Shown here piece by piece: positions 31,564 through 40,160 of a stretch of 64,000 bases of DNA. A program made the position numbers and the translations under genes. Location of the stretch: positions 288,001 through 352,000 of the forward strand of contig CAXXWQ010000003.1 of the NCBI GenBank assembly GCA_963674945.2, read 5' to 3'. The notes under the pieces were generated by a model. That model saw nothing but the letters and a program-made list of their open reading frames with translations. It made no database searches and was not told the DNA's origin. The stretch comes from an uncultured Desulfosarcina sp. GTDB lineage: Bacteria > Desulfobacterota > Desulfobacteria > Desulfobacterales > Desulfosarcinaceae. Numbering within the stretch: the first letter of the stretch is position 1; each line of letters starts with the position of its first letter.

Positions 31564-32381
31564 TGGCCGGTCAGTGGCTTCCCTCTCACGACCCGTTTTT
31601 TGGCAAAGTCAAGCGCCTCATCCATCGCTGCCTGGGCAATGCCCAGACATGCGGCACACTGCTGGATTTTTTCGACAGCGATCCAGTATAACAAGATATC
31701 GATGCCCGATCCCGGATCACCAAGGACATTTTGCCTGCCAAGAACGATGTCATCAAGAAACACATCGACGGTCTCGATTCCGCCACTTCCCATGAGCCGG
31801 TGAAGTTCGCCTGTTGAATACCCCGTGCAGAATTTATCGATAATAAAGGCAGTGCATCGATCCTCCTCTTCCCAGGCATACACAATAGCAAAACCGGGTC
31901 TGCGTCCGAAGGTACTGAATCGTTTCGATCCGGTAACATGATACGATGCCCCCTCAATATGCGCCCTGGTCTGCAACATGGCGGGATCCGACCCAGTCAC
32001 GTCCTCGGTAAACTGAATGCTCGGAAAGCTTTTTCCACAACACACTTGTGATAGATATTTGTTTTTCTGATCTCTTGTGCCGAAAGACAGTAGGCATTCA
32101 GGAATGCTATTGCTGAAGGCAGCATACCACCACGTTCCGCAGCCGGTATACCCCATCTGTTCGATTGCCAATACACAATCCAGCAAACTGGAATCCGTTC
32201 CGCCGAATTCCTGTGGCAGGATCATTCCCGGCAGGTTCAGATCAACCATTTTTTCTATGATACCGGCATGCAAGACGCCCTCGGCGTCGATCCCCGCGGC
32301 GAAAGGCTCGATCTCCTTCTGAACAAATTCCCGAATGGCCTGTTGGAGCATTTTCTGGCTATTATTCAGTGAAAAATCCAT
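31557..32381 (-). pseudogene. Acyl-CoA dehydrogenase, 3'-truncated
   Basis: MDFSL, FGG, TEDVTGSD, GSKRFST, LGIAQAA...AKKRVVRGKPL then stop at 274 aa; C-terminal helices absent. Confidence 0.88.
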
Positions 32382-32470
32382 CTTTGCATGATTTTTTCAG
32401 GTGGAATTTGATTCCGCGCCCGGAACGTCGTGAACCGTCTCCCGTGGCAAAAGATCGTTATGCATCACAA

Positions 32471-33226
32471 TCAACCGATCGTTTCAATACTGGAGATTTT
32501 ATCGTATTCTTTTGAAATCGTCTCCTCTCGGTGGATGCCTTTTATCATATAAGCCAAACTGTTTTGTATATGTTTTCTTGCATTTTCGACGGCACCAGCC
32601 ACATCTTTCTTTTCTATTGCATCCATTATGGATCGGTGCTCTTTCACAGCGACATTGATCCTTTCATTCAATAAGTATTCGGGCTTATATCCCAAATAAA
32701 TCCGCTCAAAAACTTCTTTGAGGATCGTCTTCAATACATTATTTTGTGCAATTTCAATTATTTTTAGATGCAACCCGAGGTCGCGCATGAGAACGAGCCG
32801 CCTGTGATAGGGGCTGAGTATATCGATACGCTCTTTGAAGGCATCATTGATGGTCTTCAGCTTTTCCGAGGTCGTTTTCTTAATCACTTCAGGCAGAATA
32901 TGTGTTTCAAGGGCTTCGCGGGCCTCAAAAAGTTCACGAAGTTCTGTTTCATTTATCGCTCGAATGAAATAGCCTCTATTTAATTCATATTTGACCAGCT
33001 TCAGTTCTGATAATCTGCCCAATGCATTCACGATGGGTGTCGCACTCATGTCGAGTTTTTTCGCCAGATCTTTATAGAGTACTTTTTGTCCTGGTGAAAG
33101 TTCATTCCTGTACATCATTTGCTTAATTTTCTGGAAAGCAATCTCAGAACTGTCATCTCTATTGCTGGAATTTGTAATCGCACTCTTTTTTTTCGGAGGT
33201 GCTTTTTTTGGGGTCCGTTTGTTCAT
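32471..33226 (-). CDS. GntR family regulator (FCD domain)
   Basis: LSPGQKV...LAKKLDMSATPI, LFEAREALE, LHLKI...AQN, EHRSI...KHI. Confidence 0.92.
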   Translation of the reverse strand: MNKRTPKKAPPKKKSAITNSSNRDDSSEIAFQKIKQMMYRNELSPGQKVLYKDLAKKLDMSATPIVNALGRLSELKLVKYELNRGYFIRAINETELRELFEAREALETHILPEVIKKTTSEKLKTINDAFKERIDILSPYHRRLVLMRDLGLHLKIIEIAQNNVLKTILKEVFERIYLGYKPEYLLNERINVAVKEHRSIMDAIEKKDVAGAVENARKHIQNSLAYMIKGIHREETISKEYDKISSIETIG

Positions 33227-33667
33227 TATCTAATCCTTGATAGTCTATTATCACGAAATCATCCGCACTTTGCTCACGCTATAGGCCGCACTCTACTCTT
33301 ATGGTAGTATGATTGAAAAATTTCAAAAAGTCCAGTGGCAGAATTTTCAATAAATAATATTATTTTTAATTAACTTTCTAATTATTCCACCTCCCCAAGT
33401 CAAGAATTAAACTTTTGTCGGTCGACAAAGGATCATCAATTTTGAAACAGGGAGAAACCGGCGTTGTGGATGGAAATCGATTCAACGATTGGATACGATC
33501 TCGTATCCTTTCATTGATGCAATGTGTTTTTCTCCGATGGCGGTTGAACGAAACGAAGAACGTGGTACGGGGATGTCAGAAGGGCGCTTTCAACTTTCCG
33601 GATTTTACCTTTGTGATAATTGCGCATCCAGCGGTACGCACAATGTTCCCTGTTTATACCATGGGTT

Positions 33668-34891
33668 TCACCTCGAAAGTGACCGTTTGCAGACAAACAT
33701 AGAAAACAAGATTGCGCTGGCGCCGGATACGAAAGCAAAAAAGAACCATGCCGGTCGATAGCTGCCGACCCGGTCATAAATCCAGCCTGCCAATGGAGCG
33801 CCGACGATAAGACCAGTCATTGCAGCAGTTCCGGCAAATCCAACAATGGACGCAATATTCCGGGAACCGAAGAAATCGAATACGATGCCGTTCAACATTG
33901 GCAAGGTTCCGCCCCAGCCGATGCCGAATATGACCATGAACGGAACGATGATCCACATGTTGCCGTCGACCAGGAATGACGGCAACAATGAGCCGAAAGC
34001 GATGAAGGTCATCGCAATCGTAGTCATCACCTTATTGCCCAATCTGTCGGCCATCCAACCGAATCCGATACGGCCGATCACCGTAATGATCGGCAAGAGA
34101 CTGGCAAGGAGGCTTCCTGTCGTCCGGTCGATGCAGATACTGGACCCAAAAGGCATGATATGGACGACAACGGCACCGACGGGCAGATACTGGCATATAA
34201 AACAAAAACAGATTGTCCAGAACAAAGTGCTTTTCAACACTTCTTTTGTGTCCATATCTTTTGCCATCCGGTGCAATCGTTTGTCTGCATCCGAAGCCGG
34301 AACGTTTTTCCCTTTCGCCGGATTACGATTGAAATATGGACTCGGTTTAAGCAAAAATGATAGCGGCAGAGGAATCAGCCACATACCGATTCCCATATAG
34401 AGAATCGCTGCCCGCCATCCAAGACTGTCGATCAGGCGTGTAACGAGAGGGATGAGCAAACCGCCTACGGCCACACCACTGCATGTAATTCCGGTAGCCA
34501 ATCCCAGGTTCTTTTTAAACCATCCTGTCACCGCAGCCATGAGAAGGGAAGAAGTGGCCGTGCTCAAACCGCAGGCGACCACGATAAACCAAGCATAAAA
34601 AGCCAGGAGTGAATTCACCTGACTTAAGCCTGTTAATCCGATTCCTACAATCACGGCACCGGAAGAGATGAGCACTCTCGGCCCCCACCGGTTCATCAGG
34701 ATGCCGGCCACCGGAACAAGCAGACCGCTTTCCATCCCTCTCAGGGACATAACAAAAGAGACCTGCGCGTAGCTCCATCCGAATTCACGAATTAAAGGTT
34801 CAAATACCGCGGTAAACCCAAGGAGAACGGCACCACTATAGTATGTGGAAATCAACACGCATGCGGTAACCACGATCCATCCGTAGTTCAT
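33668..34891 (-). CDS. MFS transporter (monocarboxylate/OFA-like)
   Basis: YGWIVV, REFGWS, WFKKNLGLATG, GRIGFGWMADRLG, GWIYDRVGSY; about 12 TM segments. Confidence 0.92.
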   Translation of the reverse strand: MNYGWIVVTACVLISTYYSGAVLLGFTAVFEPLIREFGWSYAQVSFVMSLRGMESGLLVPVAGILMNRWGPRVLISSGAVIVGIGLTGLSQVNSLLAFYAWFIVVACGLSTATSSLLMAAVTGWFKKNLGLATGITCSGVAVGGLLIPLVTRLIDSLGWRAAILYMGIGMWLIPLPLSFLLKPSPYFNRNPAKGKNVPASDADKRLHRMAKDMDTKEVLKSTLFWTICFCFICQYLPVGAVVVHIMPFGSSICIDRTTGSLLASLLPIITVIGRIGFGWMADRLGNKVMTTIAMTFIAFGSLLPSFLVDGNMWIIVPFMVIFGIGWGGTLPMLNGIVFDFFGSRNIASIVGFAGTAAMTGLIVGAPLAGWIYDRVGSYRPAWFFFAFVSGASAILFSMFVCKRSLSR

Positions 34892-35012
34892 AACTTTTCG
34901 TCTCGTGATTCGAAGGGTTGCAACAATCGAAGCGTATCTTTACCCCTGTTGGGAAAACCGGACCGATACCGGCATCGCACACTAGGACTTCGATTTTCTG
35001 AGTAAAGGAAGA

Positions 35013-35555
35013 TTAACCAGTGGTCCGCCCCAACTCCAGTCCCAGATCCAGGGCCCGACGGTTTATATCCTGAAAGCCCGCCGGAATACGCTTTTCGAGC
35101 ACCTTCATGATCGATTCCGGACGCACCACGCCAGTGAGCCCCACCACCGCACCCAGCATACAGATGTTGAACACGATGGGCTTACCGATCTTCTCCATTA
35201 CGGTCTCGTGCATCGGCAGCTCGCGCTGGATCGCGTCCACTTTCAGATAGGGTTTCACGTAGCGCGGGTCGGTCAGCAACAGGCCTCCCGGACGGATGAT
35301 CCCCATGAACTTGGTGTAGGCTTCCTGGGTCAGGCATACCAGCACGTTGGGCTGGTTCACCTTGGGAAAATTGACCGGCGTGTCGGCGATGATCACGTCC
35401 GTACGCGTCGCACCGCCCCGGGCCGCAGCCCCGTAGGCCTGGGTCTGAACCGCTTCCAGCCCCTCGTACAACACCGCCGACTCTGCCAGGATAATCGCCG
35501 CCGTGATCACCCCCTGGCCCCCGGAGCCTGAAAACACCATTCGGCATCTTTCCAT
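35013..35555 (-). CDS. korC: 2-oxoacid:ferredoxin oxidoreductase gamma subunit
   Basis: SGSGGQGVI, QAYGAAARGG, NICMLGA. Confidence 0.92.
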   Translation of the reverse strand: MERCRMVFSGSGGQGVITAAIILAESAVLYEGLEAVQTQAYGAAARGGATRTDVIIADTPVNFPKVNQPNVLVCLTQEAYTKFMGIIRPGGLLLTDPRYVKPYLKVDAIQRELPMHETVMEKIGKPIVFNICMLGAVVGLTGVVRPESIMKVLEKRIPAGFQDINRRALDLGLELGRTTG

Positions 35556-36359
35556 CTATTTCCCTCCCATGGCCCGGTCGATAATCCGGTCGTACTCCCG
35601 GCAGTACTCGGGCTTGTCCGTCTGAACAAAGATTCCCCGCTCGATCAGCTCCGGATTTTCCTGTTTGGCCTTGGAGCCCACGGGCGTGGTCATCGCCTTC
35701 ATGCGCTTCATCATCTCCACTGCGCTGCCCTGCTTGTTCTTGCGCCCGAAGTAGGTCGGGCACTGGCTCATGATCTCCACCACCGAAAACCCCTCGTGCA
35801 GGATCGCCTCCCGGATCAGGTCGGCCATCTGGTGCACGTGGTAGGTCGTGGTACGGGCGACAAACGTCGCTCCGGCCGCCCGGGCCATCTCCACCACGTC
35901 GAACCCCTGATCGATGTTTGAATAGGGTGCCGTGGTGGCCATCATTCCCGGGCCGGTCAGCGGCGAGTACTGCCCCCCCGTCATGCCGTAAATCCGGTTG
36001 TTCATCACGATGGCCGTAATGTCGATGTTGCGCCGCGCCGCGTGGATGAAATGGTTCCCCCCGATAGACAGGGCGTCACCGTCCCCCATGGGAACGATCA
36101 CGTTCAGCGCGGGCTTGCTCAGCTTCACTCCCGTGGCAAAGGCCAGCGCACGGCCGTGGACCGTGTGCAGGGTGTGAAAATCCATGTACCCCGAGATGCG
36201 CGACGAGCATCCGATCCCCGAAACCATCACAATCTCGTTGCGGCTCATGCCCAATTTTTCCACTGCCCTGATCATGCCGTTGAGAACGATCCCGTGCCCG
36301 CAACCCGCGCACCACAGGTGCGGGAAAAACCGCTGCCGGATATATTCCTGGACTGCCAT
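35556..36359 (-). CDS. korB: 2-oxoacid:ferredoxin oxidoreductase beta subunit
   Basis: WCAGCG, SGIGCS, HGRA, GDGDALSIGGNH, YGMTGGQYSP. Confidence 0.95.
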   Translation of the reverse strand: MAVQEYIRQRFFPHLWCAGCGHGIVLNGMIRAVEKLGMSRNEIVMVSGIGCSSRISGYMDFHTLHTVHGRALAFATGVKLSKPALNVIVPMGDGDALSIGGNHFIHAARRNIDITAIVMNNRIYGMTGGQYSPLTGPGMMATTAPYSNIDQGFDVVEMARAAGATFVARTTTYHVHQMADLIREAILHEGFSVVEIMSQCPTYFGRKNKQGSAVEMMKRMKAMTTPVGSKAKQENPELIERGIFVQTDKPEYCREYDRIIDRAMGGK

Positions 36360-36360
36360 C

Positions 36361-37509
36361 CTACACCCCCTTGCCCTTGATCAGGCGCAGTATCTGCTTG
36401 ATGTCCGTGGGCGTGATGAACACCCCGTCGATACGGTTGGCCAGAAACACCCGTTCCGGGCGCGCCACCGCACTCTTCACCATCTGGCATACCTGGCCCA
36501 TGTTCATCTCCACCACAACCGTCGTCTTGGCCGCACTGCAGGTCTCGCGCACCAACTCCGCCGGGAACGGCCATAGGGTCTGCAACTCCAGCAGGCCGAT
36601 CTTCTCCCCCCGGGATCTCAGGCTCTGCACGATGTGCAGGGCCGATCGCGCCGCCGACCCGTAACTCACCAGCACCGTCTCGGCATCCTCCATGTGAAAA
36701 GTCTTGTAGCGCGCCATATTGCTGGCGTTGTTCTCGATCTTGTCCACCAGGTGTCTGAGAAGCCCGTGGACCACTTTGGGGTTGTCAGAGGGAAATCCCC
36801 ACATATCATGCACCAAGCCGGTCACGTTGAACCTGTGTATACCCCCGAAGTCGCTCATCGGCAGACGTCCATCCTCCCGCGGCAGGTAAGGATGGTAGTC
36901 CACCCCCTCCCGTACCGACGTACGCAGGCGTTCCACCAGCGGAATCTCTCCCGGTTCGGGGAGTTCCAGCCGCTCACGCATGTGGCCCACCACCTCATCG
37001 AACAGGAGCACCACCGGCGTGCGATAGGTCTCGGCGATGTTGAACGCCTCCACCGTCATGGCGAACACGTCCTGATGATTGGACGCCGTCAGTGCTACGA
37101 TGCTGTGGTCCCCGTGGGTCCCCCAACGCGCCTGCATGATGTCCCCCTGGCTCACGTGGGTCGGCACCCCCGTCGACGGGCCGCCTCTCTGCACGTTCAC
37201 GATCACGCAGGGAATCTCGGCCATCACCGCGTATCCCAAAGCCTCCTGCTTCAAAGAAAATCCCGGACCCGATGTCGCCGTCAAGACCTTGTGCCCGGTC
37301 AATGATGCGCCGATGACGGCGCACATGCTGGCGATCTCGTCCTCCATCTGGATGAACTTGCCCCCCCGCTGGGGCAGCCGCACCGACAAGTGCTCGGCGA
37401 TCTCCGTGCTGGGAGTAATCGGATAGCCCGCGAAAAAGTCCAGACCTGCGTATAGCGCGCCTTCCACACACGCCTCATTGCCCTGGATGAATTTTATTTG
37501 TCTGGTCAT
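36361..37509 (-). CDS. korA: 2-oxoacid:ferredoxin oxidoreductase alpha subunit
   Basis: GNEA, GYPITPSTEI, QMEDEIAS, ATSGPGFSL, QRGGPSTG, EMNMGQ. Confidence 0.95.
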   Translation of the reverse strand: MTRQIKFIQGNEACVEGALYAGLDFFAGYPITPSTEIAEHLSVRLPQRGGKFIQMEDEIASMCAVIGASLTGHKVLTATSGPGFSLKQEALGYAVMAEIPCVIVNVQRGGPSTGVPTHVSQGDIMQARWGTHGDHSIVALTASNHQDVFAMTVEAFNIAETYRTPVVLLFDEVVGHMRERLELPEPGEIPLVERLRTSVREGVDYHPYLPREDGRLPMSDFGGIHRFNVTGLVHDMWGFPSDNPKVVHGLLRHLVDKIENNASNMARYKTFHMEDAETVLVSYGSAARSALHIVQSLRSRGEKIGLLELQTLWPFPAELVRETCSAAKTTVVVEMNMGQVCQMVKSAVARPERVFLANRIDGVFITPTDIKQILRLIKGKGV

Positions 37510-37580
37510 GCTTTCTTGCCTTTGGTTACATGAGTTGTCTGATTTTTCCTCATGGCGTTCTTTCAATCGCCAATTGTAAG

Positions 37581-37675
37581 AATTCAGGAGTCAAAATCCA
37601 GAATTCAGAAGTAAAGATGAAGTCACCGGAGGTGATACCGATCTATTCTGACGCCTGACTCCCGGATTCTGAATT
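37581..37675. repeat. Inverted pair of degenerate heptamer tandem arrays
   Basis: Left arm AATTCAG-GAGTCAA-AATCCAG-AATTCAG-AA (37581-610); right arm reverse complement AATTCAG-AATCCGG-GAGTCAG-GCGTCAG-AA (37646-675). Confidence 0.65.
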
Positions 37676-37876
37676 CTCTATTTCAACCTCGATTGCCAAG
37701 TCCGGGCAGCGCAGTTCGCACATCCGGCAGGCGATGCAGTCTTCCAGACGCACCGCCACGGCCTTCTCCTCCCGGTCAATTTCCAGCACGTTCTTCGGGC
37801 AGAAGGCAACGCAGATTCCACACCCCTTGCACCAGTCCTTATTGAGTGAAAAATTTTTTAGCTTAGGTTTTCCCAT
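37643..37876 (-). CDS. korD: 2x[4Fe-4S] ferredoxin, 2-oxoacid oxidoreductase delta subunit
   Basis: CKGCGICVAFCP and CIACRMCELRCPD. Confidence 0.93.
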   Translation of the reverse strand: MGKPKLKNFSLNKDWCKGCGICVAFCPKNVLEIDREEKAVAVRLEDCIACRMCELRCPDLAIEVEIENSESGSQASE

Positions 37877-38073
37877 GGGAAGTCCCTTTATCTTCCATCC
37901 GGCATCAGTAGTGTCCGGTTAGAGAAGTAAAAAAAGTAGGCCTGAAACGCTCACCATGCCTTTAACAAATTTAAAAAAAGAATCCTTTGCTTGTATCTTT
38001 CGTAATGCTGTAATGGCAAAGCGATATATGGCCCTGACTGAGCATCTGCTCTTCTTTTAACCATCTGAACTTT

Positions 38074-38484
38074 TTAGTCACCCGTTTCGATGGATGATTT
38101 TTCGGCTAACTCGAAAAGAATCCCTTTGGCGCTTTTCGGGTGAATAAATGCGAGTTTAGAGGGCTGATCGAACATTTTGCCTATGATTTTCAGCCCTTTC
38201 TCCTCCAGTGCGTTGCATTCTTCAGCAACATCATCGCAGAGCAAGGATATGTGGTGAAGCCCCCCTCCTTTCTTTTCTAAGAATTTTCCTGCCGTCCCAT
38301 CGGGGCCCGTGGGTTCCATCAGTTCAAAGCATCCTTTTCCGACCTGAATGATAGCGGATATCTGCTGCAACTTCGGTAACGGGACACGTCTGAGTTCTTT
38401 CGCACCGAAAGATTCTTTTAAAAAATCTACGACCTCATCAATGCTCTCGACAACGATTCCAAGATGATTTATTCCTTTAATCAA
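38074..38484 (-). CDS. VOC family protein, methylmalonyl-CoA epimerase-like
   Basis: INHLGIVV, ELMEP, KFLEKKGGGLHHI, AFIHPK..GILFEL; AGGAGG RBS with TTG start. Confidence 0.88.
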   Translation of the reverse strand: MIKGINHLGIVVESIDEVVDFLKESFGAKELRRVPLPKLQQISAIIQVGKGCFELMEPTGPDGTAGKFLEKKGGGLHHISLLCDDVAEECNALEEKGLKIIGKMFDQPSKLAFIHPKSAKGILFELAEKSSIETGD

Positions 38485-38513
38485 AATGCCTCCTTAAAAT
38501 GGTTTTAAAATCC

Positions 38514-39062
38514 TTATTCCACGCCATATCCCTTTAACAGCTGGTGAATATGTGGGCTGTCCTGCCGCCAGAACCAGCAGGTATCGACCAGGTATTCATT
38601 TACTCTTTTTTTAATATCGTTACCGTCTTGAAGATTCCTTGCCCGGTAGGTCCACAGGCCCTGTAGTGCAGCGGTGGCCATTGCCATCAGCAATCCATTC
38701 AGATGCGCACAACCATTGGGGCCACCAAGCAATTCACGAACTTTCGAGGTAAAGCCTTTGGCGATTCGAAGGCCTGTTAATCGAGAAAAATTCGGAATCA
38801 CTTCCTTGCACTCTTCATGTGGAACGCCAGGCATTTCGATTTCGACCTGAACAATCCGGATGGATTCCTTGTGGATCAGCAACCGCAAAAGAAGATTGTG
38901 AACACTGCCCGGTGACCTGAGTTTTCCGGAATGGCTATAATAGGGAATATTTCGGTTATCTTTTAATTGGCCTTCAACAATAATATGGGCGTCATCGTAA
39001 TCGAACGTCGTGACCTTGATATCTCGCGTGTAAATTTTTTTCTTTTCATCAATTTTCAGCAT
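38514..39062 (-). CDS. DUF2889-like protein
   Basis: YTRDI...EGQLKD...VHNL...PHEEC...GLRIAKGF...LGGPNGCAHL...DTC pattern. Confidence 0.8.
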   Translation of the reverse strand: MLKIDEKKKIYTRDIKVTTFDYDDAHIIVEGQLKDNRNIPYYSHSGKLRSPGSVHNLLLRLLIHKESIRIVQVEIEMPGVPHEECKEVIPNFSRLTGLRIAKGFTSKVRELLGGPNGCAHLNGLLMAMATAALQGLWTYRARNLQDGNDIKKRVNEYLVDTCWFWRQDSPHIHQLLKGYGVE

Positions 39063-40160
39063 ATTCAATTCAGCTCTTTCGTCTTCATATCGTTGCCTGC
39101 ACTCCAAAAAGTGTGAGGTCCGAAACACATGCTGGTTTTGGAGGCAATTGTTGATTGTCCCCTTATTAATAAAGGTAGACATGGGGATAGGCAATCATCT
39201 GCAGGGCAAGAGCGTTTCCCAATAAAAGTGAAACGCAATTGGGCGTTGTGCCATTTTTCAGCAGCAATTTGAAACATTCGTGAGTACCAATAAACGACCG
39301 TTAATATTGAATGTAATGACGATCTATCCTCTGTATGACCCGCACCTTTCGATTAATTGGCGACAACCTGAATTACTTCCTTGACATTTAAGATTAAAAC
39401 AATAAAAAAGTCAACAAAATAATTAATTATATTTTTGGTTTATTTCTTAATTATTGTTTTTGTTTGTTATTATCATGGTTTTTACTTTATAAAAAAGGGG
39501 GCTGTTTTGAGTAATTACGAACACATCATCGTAGAGAAAAAGAACGGAGTGGGCACGGTCACAATCGACAGGCCCAAAGTCAAAAACGCCATGGCCCGTC
39601 AAACCGCGCTGGAAATTCGTGCGGCTTTCGTAGAGTTTGACAATGATCCTGAAATCCGCGTCATGGTAATCACTCATACCGGAGAATTCTTCTGTTCCGG
39701 CGGAGACCTCCAAGGATACAAAGACGTACCGCATATCAAATACAGAGAGTATACACACACTGTTGCAGAATTGTGGTGGAAGACGACCACATTCAGCAAG
39801 CCAATCATTGCTTCCATCAAGGGGAATGTTCTTGGAGGCGGCGTCGGCATAATTGCGAACTGTGACATGGTTGTCATATCCGAAGATGTCTATGTTCAGG
39901 CCGCTGAAATCAATATCGGCATGTGGCCGATGGTGGTGATGCCCGTACTCTTCCGTTCGGTAGGTCGTAAAAAGGGCCTGGAGCTGATTATGTTGGGAGA
40001 AAGATGGACGCCCCAGCAGTGCTTGGAGGCAGGCCTTGTCAACCGCGTCTGCAAGAAGGAAGAAGTAGATAGCACAACGAATCAACTTTGTGAGACACTT
40101 ATCAGCAAAAGCCCGCTCGCCTTGAAACTGGGACGGCAGGTTTACTACAATATCGAAGAT

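Noticed and set aside
30607..31803. 398-aa ORF as an intact alcohol dehydrogenase
   Set aside because: The last 80 codons are antisense acyl-CoA dehydrogenase sequence and the true C-terminus is missing.
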